A stretch of DNA of 64,000 nt from Chrysomallon squamiferum. Lineage: Eukaryota > Animalia > Mollusca. The first letter of the stretch is position 1; each line of letters starts with the position of its first letter. Where the stretch lies: NCBI GenBank assembly GCA_012295275.1, contig CM022665.1, forward strand, positions 8,060,001 to 8,124,000, written 5' to 3'. The position numbers and the translations under genes are program-made. The notes beneath the pieces were generated by a model that had not been told where the DNA came from, did not search any database, and saw nothing but the letters and a program-made list of their open reading frames with translations. This document shows positions 43,601 through 56,705 of this stretch, piece after piece.

Positions 43601-45712
43601 GATCTGAGCTATGGAAACACATATATTATGACTATTTATTGATAATGTAATTTCAAGTGAATCAAGTTACCATCCAGAGTTGTGTCTGCTAAAACTGCAT
43701 CACTGCACGGCCTGGAAAGAAAGCCTGAGTCTCTCACACTGTTATTGCACAATACACCCAGTTTGCCAACCTCTTCAGCCTTCTCAGTATTTATATGACT
43801 CTTCATGATTTTTGAGTCTTCACTTTTTTGTTTTGATAATCGTTGAGATGTGTACTCAGATTTATTCACACCATTAATAAGAACTGGAATGTTCCTTCTC
43901 ACAGGTTCGTTCTTTGAAACAATTTCACTTTTACTTTTATCTATTTTCTGAAACAACTGAGCTTTTCGCTCTTCTATTGTCTTCTGAGCTTTCCTGGCAC
44001 CAGCTATGTCTCTTATTAAACTCACAGCTTGAGGTGGTACTTTGTCTGAGTTTGAATCAGCTACACTTTCATCACAAACACTATTATCCATGCTTGTGTC
44101 ATAATCTTGACCTTGTGCTGTTGGTGGTGTCTGTTTCCTTGTTCGTTTTACTGGACCAGTTCCAGATGTCTGTGGAGGTGAATATTCAAAGTTTGGCTTC
44201 AGAGTTGCTTTGTGAATATCCTGATTAAGAGGCCGAATCATCCTCCTGTCATAGGCTTCATATCTGGTTTCTTGAGAGATCCCAATGGCTGTGTCAGGTC
44301 TGCGAGCATCTTGGTAAGGTACTGCTGACTTACTGGGTAAAGCTGATGTTGTATTTGGTCGCAGAGGACTTTGAAATTTATCAACTGGTAAATATACTGA
44401 CTCTGATTCCAATAAACTGACACTGCTTCTATTATCAAAATCTGCAATAAATAATTAATTAGTAAAAAATATACTTGACAAAAATACCACAAAATAAATA
44501 TTACACAAAATAGATTTTTTTAAATGAAATATTATTAATGTATTAACACTAAAAGGTCAGTGAAACATGGAAAAAAAACCAAAAAACATACACACACAGT
44601 GAAATTTTTAAAATACTGACTTGTTGTCTGAACAATAACTCACAAATAAAATATAACGTTTTTTTTAACAATTTTTTTCATATTTTATAACACATAAATC
44701 CTAAAGATAAATAAAAAATATACTACTTATTTAAAAATAATTTTTATGACCCCATTTCAAATAAAAAATATATTAAATATCTAAAAATGTATTTATTTGC
44801 CACAGGTTAGAACTGCTCAAGCACAGTTACAAACTCTATTCATTTCTATAGAATTAACAATTGTAAGTTCCAACCATCTGCTGAAATGTCTTGTAGTGTA
44901 AGGTCATTAGCACTCTGGCCGCGTTTAGCTGTTATTTCTTGTGGTCTGTTGCCATCAGTAACTGTAAGAAAATAATGAAAACTGCAACAGTCCTGTCTAA
45001 TTTACCAAAACAACTGAATTCATTGAATAAAAGAATAGGTATTAATAATTATTATTTTTATTTTTATTATAATTATTTTAAAAGAGAATGCAAATATTAC
45101 TTGATATTAATTTCACTTTTGTAGATTAAATGTATAATTTAAAAATAATTTAATTAAGAATCATCATGAATTATCACATTCTTGTAGCCAAGGCTAAAAA
45201 TACCTACAGTTTACTGGATTACATTGTATATGCAGGAGTTTAAAATATGAAGTATAAAATTAAAAGCATAATGAAAACTAAAAGTAGTCAACAAAATTGA
45301 TTTCAGGTTTACCAGCAATGCTGCTCCATGCTTTCACATGTTCCCGGTCAGTATTGTGTGAATCATTAATATTAAGAGGCAGTTCAACCTGAATTTGATG
45401 TTGATTACCTGAAACTGAAATTCAAAAATCTGTAAGTAAACTGTAACTTATATAACACAAAAACAAATAACATAAATTTTGTTGCTGATATAGTTGGTAG
45501 TGAATTAATGAAAGATTTTCATGAATTCAATTTCCTGAAGCAAAGAATAATTAATAAAAAAAAATAAAAAAATAAAAATACAAGTACTACTGACTGTCAG
45601 AGTTCAAGGTGCTGGGACTATTAGACAAACTGGTTTCAAGCTGTAATTGTTTCTGATGATACTCCTGTTTGGCCAGAATCCGACTCAGCTTAGCATCCTC
45701 CTGTGTCTTTAA
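34621..45712 (-). CDS. CEP97: Centrosomal protein of 97 kDa homolog, 5'-partial (1343 aa here), with IQ motif, coiled coils, FN3 and long disordered tail
   Basis: Fifteen phase-consistent exons: 45712-45595, 45408-45313, 44961-44875, 44441-43671, 43273-43129, 41941-41866, 41292-41044, 40783-40702, 40552-40463, 40086-39889, 39507-39411, 39116-37452, 37272-37083, 36574-36527, 34740-34621 (4032 nt). CEP97-typical segments: LKTQEDAKLSRILAKQEYHQKQL, LESESVYLP, AAVTIQSFWRGYFARQHNPEVVSIRKEIRARRAEDHI, LWQEVQTLQNW. N-terminal LRR exons not found in the window. Confidence 0.85.
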
Positions 45713-45780
45713 CTGAAATATCAAAACATTTTACTTCAGTTTTGTAACATAACACACACACAACAAAGCAACAACAAAAT

Positions 45781-45782
<2 letters not shown>

Positions 45783-45868
<86 letters not shown>
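45783..45868. repeat. (CA)n microsatellite
   Basis: Direct read of about 43 units. Confidence 0.95.
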
Positions 45869-45872
<4 letters not shown>

Positions 45873-46179
45873 GTATGGACTTCCACACATACATACATGT
45901 TAATTTGCTGTGTATCAAAATTCTACAAAATTCCATTTCATAATAATTCCTAGCATTCTTAAAATTAAACTGCTGTATTTCTTTTATGAGACTATTTGTA
46001 TCAAATTATTTCTATAGAATATATAAATCACATATAAATATATCTGTAAAAATGAACACACAATAATGGTCCATTTGTTCATTACAAATACAAAAAGATC
46101 CAAGATCAATACCCAATAACAACCTATTTGCATGAGATCCAGCCAAATGGCACTTACAAAACCGATATTAATAAAACAT

Positions 46180-46430
46180 AACAACAAACAACTGATGTTA
46201 ATAAAAATATAAATAATAGCAAAATACTGATCGTAATAAAATATAAACAATAACAAATCACTGACATTAACAAAAACATAAACAATAATAAAACACTAAT
46301 GCTAATAAAAACAGAAACAACAAACAACTGATGCTAACAAAACAAAGATCATAAGTCGAATAACAAAATACTGATGCCAAGAAAAACTAACTAAATGAAC
46401 AATGATGCTAACAAAAAGTAAACTAAAACA
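46180..46430. repeat. Degenerate A-rich minisatellite (~35-bp unit, about 7 copies)
   Basis: Recurrent core ACTGATG(C/T)TAA and variants at roughly regular spacing. Confidence 0.65.
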
Positions 46431-48291
46431 CAAAAACTATCTATACCTGTGTTTGATGTATCTGACATCTCATTTTATATTTTTAATATTTCTTGTACCA
46501 ATTAGCACATTTAACAGGTGACAAATGGATATTAAATAATGTCCAGACCAGTTATTAATCAAATTGCTTTCCTTTGTCAGAACATAATGTAACTCGAGCA
46601 TCAGATAAAACTGATATACAGTATGCCCAAAATAACTTCCAGAAACAATCAGAGGATATAAAGGATATCTGGTACAAAATTATCAATATGACTATTAACA
46701 AAAGAAAATGCCATGTTCATATCTGAACAAAACTGTTCAGTGGCTTAGGTTCATAATCTGCCTTTCAGTGACACATGTAAATAACAATGGCCAAGTTCCC
46801 TTGACATTAGAAATATCTGTGCACATTATCAAGAAGATGTAATACCCAGGTAAATGCAAAAACTGTATAAAACCCCAGTAATGTTGTCATCAATATTCTA
46901 TATCATTAATATATTTATACAAATTTTATCAATAATATAAAATCTTCACACTGTTGCATCTTTATTAACTGTGCAATAAAATTAAGAAAATTTTAATGGT
47001 TCTTCTGCAAAACATAATTTTGTAAATTTATATTCATATTTTAGGCTGATAAAATGTCATAATCTGTTATATAGTTGTTACTACTGTGTGACCGATTTTA
47101 CAATAAGTATATAAAATAATTTGCACCCATATAAATACATCTTTGAATATTAAACTTACTTTTCTAAGAATTAGTTGTTTTTTTTCCTCCCTAAATCAAT
47201 TCCAGAAGAATTTTTATGAAGAAAAGTTACCATAAAAATTAAAGAAATGAAAATATAATACTACAGTACTGAAAAACACTAACAGATGGATCAATAATCA
47301 TAAATAACCAAATATTATTTTCAGATATTTATTGATACCAAATGCTGGGTTGGAACTGTTAATATTATGCAACTAATGCTTTCAGAAAAAACAATGTAAA
47401 AAAAAATGGTCTACTGTTATTACTATATTTTACTCCTAATAGTTTCTAAAAATAATCTATTAAATGATCTTTGTATTGTATAAAAAAAAAAAAAAAAAAA
47501 AGTAGTTTATACAAGGTGAAAAAGAAAACAGGAAAAAAGATTTCTTATAATGCTGTCATTTGTTTTAATTAAACTGTTTATCTTGTTTCCCTTAAAAGAT
47601 AAATATATGAATAAATACATAAATGAATAGTTAAATCCAGTTCAATCTTCCATCTGCAATGGTTGAGACATTTTTCTATTTTTTTGTTTCTAAAATATAT
47701 CAATTCATATTGTTGTAATTCAAAAACAGAAAAAGAAGTTTGTTGCTATGTATTGTGGGTATTTCTAGTATAATAACAATCTCTTGCTTTCTATGTATTT
47801 ATTTATGAAAGTATTTAATTTAATTTTTAAAAATACTAATATCTAATGATAATCCTATTCTAAGGTAAGAGATAAAAACATGGATAAAATATTTTACTTA
47901 TTTTCATTAAAAATTTGATAGAAAGTGCTTTCACATATATTTAAAGAAAATGAAAAAAATACATATATTTTAGAAAAAAAAAAAATTAAAATTATTTCAC
48001 ATTTTTATCTATAAAATATTTTGTTGTATTTAGTAAATCAACCATAAAGGAAAATAATAAAGACAGAAAAAAAAAACAGGTTTTATCTGATGCAAATGAT
48101 AATTTGCTGTAATGAATCATAGGGCACAGCTGATGTTATCTGATATATAACCATCATAAACTGATGGTCTGGTATCAACAACAGTTTTAAGTGTACCAAC
48201 AACGATTTACAGTCATTGACGTTTACAATGAATAAAGATTTTCTTTCACCATGTTATGAAATATCGTTAGATACAAAGAATGTTGTTGGTT

Positions 48292-48305
48292 GTTTCCTAG
48301 GTAAC
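48292..48305. promoter_or_regulatory. RFX X-box-like palindromic motif in the large CEP97 intron
   Basis: GTTTCCTAGGTAAC fits GTTNCCNNGGYAAC. Confidence 0.4.
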
Positions 48306-49727
48306 CCTACTGTAAATACAGACAAAAGTGAAAACCCTATTTCTGATCAATAGACTCCACATGACTGGTAGTGAAAAATACAGTTAGTCTGGTTTTTCTA
48401 AGTAAATGAAATCATTAGCCTAGATGACAACAAAAATTCATACCCTGGCATTATAAATAATATTTATAAATAATACTACTATTGCAATGCCTGTATTAAA
48501 TATGAATAAATATGATATTTGCACTTGTGTTTGAAGACCACCAACATAAATTATTTTTCTTAAGACTGCTGTCTTAATAAAGATAAAACACCAAGATATT
48601 TAATTAAAATCATTACATACGTGGGTCACTGACATGTAGGTATTGATTTTGTGTGTTAATTGCACACAGATAATATGTGTTCAGTATAAATTATGTTGTT
48701 TTTTTTATATATATATTTCATCTAAACAACTCAAACATATGTCAGTGACAGGTGGCTTTGGGATTTGAAAGACCAAGATAAATAAATGATAAAACACCCC
48801 ACCTCTTCCATTAATCCAAGAATATTAAACTCTTTGCACATTCATATTATTATTATTTTAAATAACAATAAGAGAATTTTTAAAAATGTATCCTAAAATA
48901 CATATGTAATTTGTACTTTGTAATGTGATATATCTATATAGTCTTAAATTAATATCTATAAGTGTCATGATTTTGTTAAATATATATATATATAACAGCA
49001 ACATAAAACTAGATAAAAATAGCTTTTTGTGGGACAGAAATATATGTACTTCTTATCTATTAATGTCATTGGTCAAATTTCTTTCTTTAGTGTTTAATTG
49101 TAGGTTTAGGTTTAAAAGACAATTCTGAAAACAAGTTTCACTTAAAAAAATAAAAAGTAAATTGTTATTTACTACTCTTGAGAGCAGTGAGGTGAGAAAT
49201 AAAACAGTTTGGTCATTGAAATGCAGTGCAGTGACTCAGAGTTAAGCATGTTAACTAGTATTATTCATTCTCATTCATTCCTGCAGTCTGTCAATATTCA
49301 CTTCACTAGCATTCACAATCTCCAAGTTTACTTATTACGTCCATAAATTTGTAACTTAACTGTGCACCTCACAGAAAAAGATATAATTCTAGTTGACTGT
49401 ATATTACATAATATGTAAGAGTTATGCAAATGAAAACAAAGTTATTAAACAAAGTTTCCTTTGGATCTTTTCCTTTAGTCTGTTTATTGCAGTATACTGT
49501 ACACTACTGTACCAGCATTTAAAATTATACTAAAAATGGTTCAGATGTGACATTAAAAAAAAAAAATTAAAGATATTGACACAACTCACTACCAGTACAT
49601 TATGCTTGAAATATAGTTAAGGGGTATCTTCTCACCTACCAAGCAGTTCGCTTAATGACCTAGACACAGTAAGTGAATTTTGTTGTTGATTATAGACTGC
49701 CTGTATTCAAAACTGCAGGAAAAAATA

Positions 49728-49856
49728 AATAACTGGTTACTGTTTTAAGATATCAGCTTTATCCTGCTAAGTTCAAATGGCAATTGCAGCTCGACACAAC
49801 CTTGCTGCAAACCTTCACAGAATAAAGCTGATATTTTAGGAAAGTAACCACTTATT
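49728..49856. mobile_element. Short foldback element or MITE with 39-bp arms
   Basis: AATAACTGGTTACTGTTTTAAGATATCAGCTTTATCCTG (49728-49766) pairs with 49818-49856 (reverse complement AATAAGTGGTTACTTTCCTAAAATATCAGCTTTATTCTG). Inner TTGCAGC/GCTGCAA stem. Confidence 0.7.
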
Positions 49857-52800
49857 CTCTATATAATAATATACTATGTGATATATAAATATAATGTCAC
49901 CTTTTGTATAAATTGTTATGGGTGTATGAATCTATAAAGTATAATGTTATATGATATCATGATGACTATGTGAGAAGAAAGGGTCACAAAAGATAATGTA
50001 TTTCTACGTATTTCGTTCTCTGACCTGGCATGTCAAGCTAATTAACTAGTTTATTATACAGGTAAGATAAACACTACAGAAAGAATTGATAATATAAGCT
50101 GGATATCACATTATTAATAACTATAAAGGTGTAATCAGTAACTTTACTGATATACTTTACTGATAAATGTAAAGAAAGAAAAATATTAAGCTGGGGTATT
50201 ATGTTATTAATCAACATAAACCTAATTGGCAAGACTGTTGTGCTTGCATTTATGAAAAGTTGAATGCTGCTTTAGGTAAGAAAACTGTATAGGCCTGTAT
50301 GAATAATGATCTGCTATGTAATATCTGTATATAATCTTGAAAAACATAATGTTAGAAACATTATTACAGAAGTGATTCTTTTCATAACTAAGAATATTTT
50401 AAAACAGTGATAAATAAGTAAATCATTATAGTAGATTTGTTTTTCTCATACATCTTGAATGTGCATAAATTGATTAAGAAAATAATAAATACAATTGGAA
50501 TTTCATCATCAAAACACATTTGATTATTTATTAGTAATTTTTATGGGGCTTCGCCAAGAACATTTCATAAATTTTAAGTGTTTACACATCCAAATTAATA
50601 TATAATCAGTGTTTTGTTTTTGTTTTTCTGAGATTTTGCATGATGACAATAGAAATATATGTTGAGCATGCATTTATCTAACTCAACTTTACTGTTGTTT
50701 CTGTTGTTTTTGCATTTCAGTAAGACCATAATTTATCAAAATTTCTACAAGATGCCTTTAAATATTTTCCACTAACAATGATTTCATATGAAATGAATCT
50801 AACATATTTTGTGTCAATAAAAAAAAAAAAAAAAAAAAAAAAAATACGACAACAAGAATTAAGAACTGCCTAAGGAAGACGAGTGAGTTACTGAAAAGCT
50901 TTCAAAAATAACTTGCCACTCTATTATCCCACCTTATTGTCCAGCAAAAACAGCTTCTGGGCTCTTGGAGTTAACATTTTAGAAATTCGCTTTATCAGAC
51001 TTGCACTAATCTCCTCACAACAATGTCGTAGTATTTAATCCTACTATCTAGCATGGTACAAGAAAACAAAATACTAATATATACATACATAATCTAATGC
51101 TGTTATCACACAACATTTGTCCTTAATCTGCACAAACAGTAATACTGGGGTATCTCACCAAAGAGTAAAATATATCAAGTCTCTTCATGTCTGCATGTCT
51201 CTTCATTGTCAAAAATGCTTCAGTTATCAACAATAGGTACAAAAGTCATTTTCATATCCAAATTTCAAACAGAGAAATTATATACCTCTTTACATCAAAT
51301 ATTTACTCTAAAAAAGTTTTAACTTTTCAGAACCAAATACATAAAGTAAACTTGTTACACAGACATGTACCTTTTGTTATTTGTAATTGTTTTAGATTTC
51401 AAAGCAAAATTAATATTATTTTTCTTACAATAATAAATATTAGTTGATTTTCTTTTTACATTCAATGCTTACACAGTAAATATTAAATGAACACTGAAAT
51501 AAAACATAACTAAATTTAATATAAAAAAATACCCGCTATGTATAATTATCCCAAATCTAGATTCCCAGTCAGACTGTCAATTCAAGATTAGTTTACTTTC
51601 ATTTAACATCATACATACAAAAACACACATACATAAGTGAACCGTTCTTTAAAAGATATCAACTATAATAATAATAATAAGATAATGATTAAGAGCAACA
51701 TAATGCATTATAATACAACTATTATTATCAAAACATATTTTCAAAAGTGAGAAAAAGCAAACATCTGATGGCAGATGCAGTGTTACATTTTAGTATTTTG
51801 TGGTAATAATGCATTGATAACAACAGTGGTCTTGAACCTCTCGTTAAAACAAGCAGCATATATTTTGGATTGGATATAGATTTTTGCATAGCACTTAATG
51901 TAATAAGCTTGTCTGCTGCAACCAAAACTGACAAATCATACATCATTAACATGAGGAAGTGTTCAAAGCCAGTTAACACAATCAATATACTTTTATCTAA
52001 TTTTTCTGAATTAATTATTAAGACTGTGTACCATGTGTCACTAGATACTACATTACTTAAACAGACCAAGAATATATATATGCATATATGAGAGAACTTT
52101 TTCTATTTATTTTTTGCTTATAGTTAAACAATGAACAATGGCTAAGTGAATATTAAGAAGTAATTAAGATTGCTATTATCAAGATTTCTAACAAAGATAC
52201 TGTTTAAAATGAATTATTGTTGAAAAGAAAATTAAAAAGAAGAATAAATTAGTTTTTGGTTTTTTAAAAAGATGTTATTATTTATTTCAAGATGTTTTGA
52301 TATAATTCACTGATTTTAGTTTTAGACGGTAAAGGAAAACACTAAAGCAGAATGAATAAGTGTAATGATTTATGGAGATAACATATGAAAACCTTCATGA
52401 TTAATCTTAAAAGAAACAAGAATGAACTTGTACTGAATTCTAAACAATCTGGCTGCATGCGTGTTTGTATTTACCTGTATTTACAATTAAAGGTGTGCAC
52501 TGTGTTGGAAAGACAGTGTAGAACTGTGTAGGGAAGTGTTAAAACAGGTCATTGTAGGACACATCATTGCTCTGCAACATTTCAAAGAAACAGTCTCTTT
52601 GTTAACACAAATAATTACCATTGTTACCAGCAAAGGAATAAACACTAAGAGAAATAACACTTCACTTTATTAGTCACCTGAAGTATGAAGCCAAACTAAA
52701 ATTGTCATTAAGACTACAGTAAAACACACACAATAATAATAATAATATAGTATTAGAAATGCACCTTCACTATTATAAACACTGTATAGACACATACACA

Positions 52801-55429
52801 CACACACACACAAAACACACACACACACACACACACACTAACATACACACATGTATATTCAAATTTAAAATAAAACAAAGTAAAATAGATATATAGAACA
52901 AAGTGAAGTGATGAGAAATGAAGTGAAATAAAACATATATATAAAAAATACATGAAATAACAGTTTAATTAAATATAATTTGTACTATTACATGTTTAAA
53001 CAGACATTTGTTAATGTATTACTGGATTTAAAAAAAATATATGTGTGTGTGTGTTTGTGTGTGTGTGTGTATTTAAAACAAAGAAACCAGTGAAAGAGTA
53101 AAAGGGATAGTACAGATCTACAGCATAAATATTTTTAACACTTTTTTATCTTGATTTTAGTTTTTTTATATTTAATTTTATTATTATAAATACATTCTCC
53201 CCATTTCAAATTAGTGTTGATTATTTTGAATAATTACATTCTAAATTTTACTGAAGTATAGATGGCAATTGCATGTGATGTGTATCAGTGCATATATATG
53301 TGTGTGTGTGGTGTATAAATTATCAGCTCATTCTGAATTTATCAATTTAGAAAAATAATTATAATAAAAGTGATATGAATTTAAAAAAATGTAATTAAAC
53401 CAATATATATATATATATATATAAAAAAAAAAAAAAAAAAAAATATTATTAACAACTGATGAAATATATAGAAAAATAAATTCACAGCTAAAAATGTAAG
53501 TGATAGATGTTAGGCATTAACAGCTTTGTAAGAGATGAAACAAAAATAAAAGGCTGATGAGATTTTAAAAGATAAAAAAAAAATACTGAGCTGTCTAGAA
53601 GGGATAGATAGGTGTGATATAACTGACGAGATGCTCATCAGCTCAAATAAACACTGTGATCGATCAGAACATAATGACTGAGATGATTGTTTTTCAGGAA
53701 TTTATGAGAGCAAGTTGAAAAGGTAATGCAGGGGATAAAGAATGAGATAAAGAGGCTTATGAATTATTAGAAAATAAATTGCAGCAAGTTTTGTTTGATT
53801 TCGCTACACATTTATACAAAGACTAAATATTAAACTATATTACATGTGTAATGTGAGTTTTTATTAAAAAAAACATCAATTACAAATTGATAACAAAATT
53901 TGAAAAGAACATTAGGATCTAATGTTTTGACTATATATTTGAAATAATTTAAATTAAACTTAATTTATACAACTACAATCATCATTATCATTAAAATGAT
54001 TTAAGATGATATTGGTAAAACAGCTTAAAATGAAAATAAAAATAGAGATTGTTTTGTTTTTTTTCAATGTATATGTAACAAATTCTATATATAAAAACAT
54101 CCAAATATTTCTATAATCATACCTTTGTCATTTTATCGTAATTGAAGTAAAATCCACTTGAATAATATGGTCTTAAGATTTCTTGCCAATATTTATATAC
54201 AAAAGATCTGATGTAATGACAACAGTTCCCAATATAACCTAGAGTGATATGACATACATGTAACATATTTAGCTGTTCTTTTTGTCCAAGACAAAGACAT
54301 TACTTCTGACAATCTGCCAAACACCAAAACAACAAGAAGTTCTTATATTCTTGTTCTTATTGATAAGAAAAACGTTACATCAGAAAATAAATAAAATATA
54401 TTTAATTTTGATTTATTAGTTTTAAAATGATTAAACCAATAAAAACTGTAAATCAGTCATTTCAGAAATAACAAACATTATCTCAATGTTAAATAAAAAC
54501 CAAATACACAATTCCAAACAAGCAAATAATTAAATGTAAATTACATAAATGACAAACATTTTAAATTAATGTTTATGGGGAAAAAATAATAATAATAATA
54601 ACAAAATAATAAAAAGTAAAACATAGCATCACATCCAAAATCTAACATTCCCTTTGTTATTTTTGACTACATTATTTTAAAATTTGTTTCTATTTTGTTT
54701 CTATTTATCATTCTTTATAAGAATATAGGTAATGGTAATAAAGATGTTTCAGTTTTTATATTTAGTAACACTTTAACTAATGCTTTTAATTTTATAATTT
54801 GATATGAATAATTTGTAGTGTGGATTTTGGTTTTCTTTTCTGCATACATGTGCTGTAATGTATTTATAACTTTTTATGTTATCCTTTGTTCATGTTATAG
54901 TAAAAGCTTACTTGAGCTAATGTTATTTGTGTAAATAAAGATCAGTGTATTGAACTGTACTGTATAGTTTGTGCGTAACTATTTTTTTTTATTCAGTATT
55001 ACATAATGGTTACCTAATATTCGTATTTTAATTAATATGTGAAGAAAACAGGAATAGAATTTTAAAAATCAAATCTGTAATTAGTTATAAAAAATTCTAA
55101 AACAGAAATAAATAAAATAAAGATTAAATCATTTCATCCACTCACCAAATTATATCTAGGCACATGGGATAACATTTTCCAGTATTTTATCACATTAATT
55201 TGAAAAACTGCCCTTTTTCAAACTTATCATAAAATGTCAGAACTCTATCCAATATTTCTCCTTCTTGTGATACTTGACATGTTATTTCTCTGTTAGGGAT
55301 ACAAACATGGTGTTATTTTTGTATTTTTAAAAACGCAATATGCTGGTTTCATTAGCGTGGGACTGTTAGTTCCTTTTGTCAGCCCATAACTACAACTCCT
55401 TTTGTTAGGAATACATAAACATAAACAGA

Positions 55430-55935
55430 CCCACGTGGAGAAACTATCTGAAAACATAACATGACTTCTCTTACTGTTGACATCAACACAAACAGTCCAA
55501 GTTTCTATGTGTCATCTCTACCTAAATACTGAGTGATGTCAGCTAGGTATCAGAAGACTGCACTCTAATACCAGTCTCTGATTCCCAGCCAATGAGAGCC
55601 TTCTGGTCCTAATGATATTTATCGCACATCCCCTTTGACTAGAATAAGCCAATCTGACAGGCCTCCACCTGAACAGATGTCAAACATGAGAATGTAAAAA
55701 GCTATGATTAGGCAACTTGTATGTTGATCAGTACCTACCCTCAATTTGCCCTGCTGTTGTCACAAATAACACAGAGTATGCTGAGGCATCAGGTTTTCAG
55801 ATCTAGAATCATTAATACCTTTCCAACATTCAGACTTATTTTCTCATGTCTCCATGCATAGTCCCCAGTCATAATATACCCAGTAATAGAGCCATTATGG
55901 CCTGATCTGACAAGAGACTGCCGTCATGGTGACCA
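55430..55935. promoter_or_regulatory. Promoter- or enhancer-like island in the CEP97 intron
   Basis: Locally higher GC. CACGTG at 55432-55437, TGATGTCA at 55534-55541, two AGCCAAT boxes with CCAAT at 55589 and 55649, and a weak X-box-like GCCGTCATGGTGAC at 55920-55933. Confidence 0.4.
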
Positions 55936-56663
55936 GGTAAACAGGTTGTATTTCCGATGAAGCATATCACTAAACAGGTGATATGAATTAATTCCAACAA
56001 ACTGTGGCCCAGTTGCACAATAATTAATACAGGTGTAAAGTTGGTGACAAAGGTTTTGGTGCTGGGAAAAAGTAATCTGTAATAATATTTATTCTGTCAC
56101 ATATGTTGTCTTGCTTCTAGTTTGCAGAAAGTGTGTGTATATAGAAATAAAACTTGAAAATATCTATAAGTTTCTTTTTGAAGCAAATGAGATGAATGTA
56201 CATTTCTTAATCTAATGGCAAATAATATAAATGAAATAAAAATGAAAACACACATACAAACATAAATAAATAAATATTAGTATTAATAGTATTAGACAGC
56301 CCACTTGGTTTCATTTTTATTTCACTTTCTTGTTGACACAAACACAAGTTTTTCTGATTCAGAAAACTGGGCCATGTTAATACACAAAAGATGGGCAGTG
56401 TGCCAACTAAATGCTACACTTTTTATGTCATCAATTCATGACAAATGTAGTATATCAACAGTAATATTAAGAAGATTAAATATGTCCATCTAGTACAGGT
56501 TTTCCATTTTTATATGCAAGTTTTATCAAGTTACAAAAATGTGTCAGTTTTTTTCATGGCATTTGAAAAGATTATGATCAGACTAGAAAAGGTTTATGAA
56601 CTTTCATTATTTATTTTTTTATTTAATTTTTATTATTATTATCATTATTATTATTACTATTAT

Positions 56664-56705
<42 letters not shown>

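Noticed and set aside
46180-46430. Regularly spaced repeats resembling a CRISPR array
   Set aside because: Degenerate A-rich units without unique spacers, eukaryotic intron context and no cas genes.
51728-52091. Overlapping 113-aa and 73-aa ORFs in the large intron
   Set aside because: No recognisable domain, non-ATG starts and no consistent splice context.
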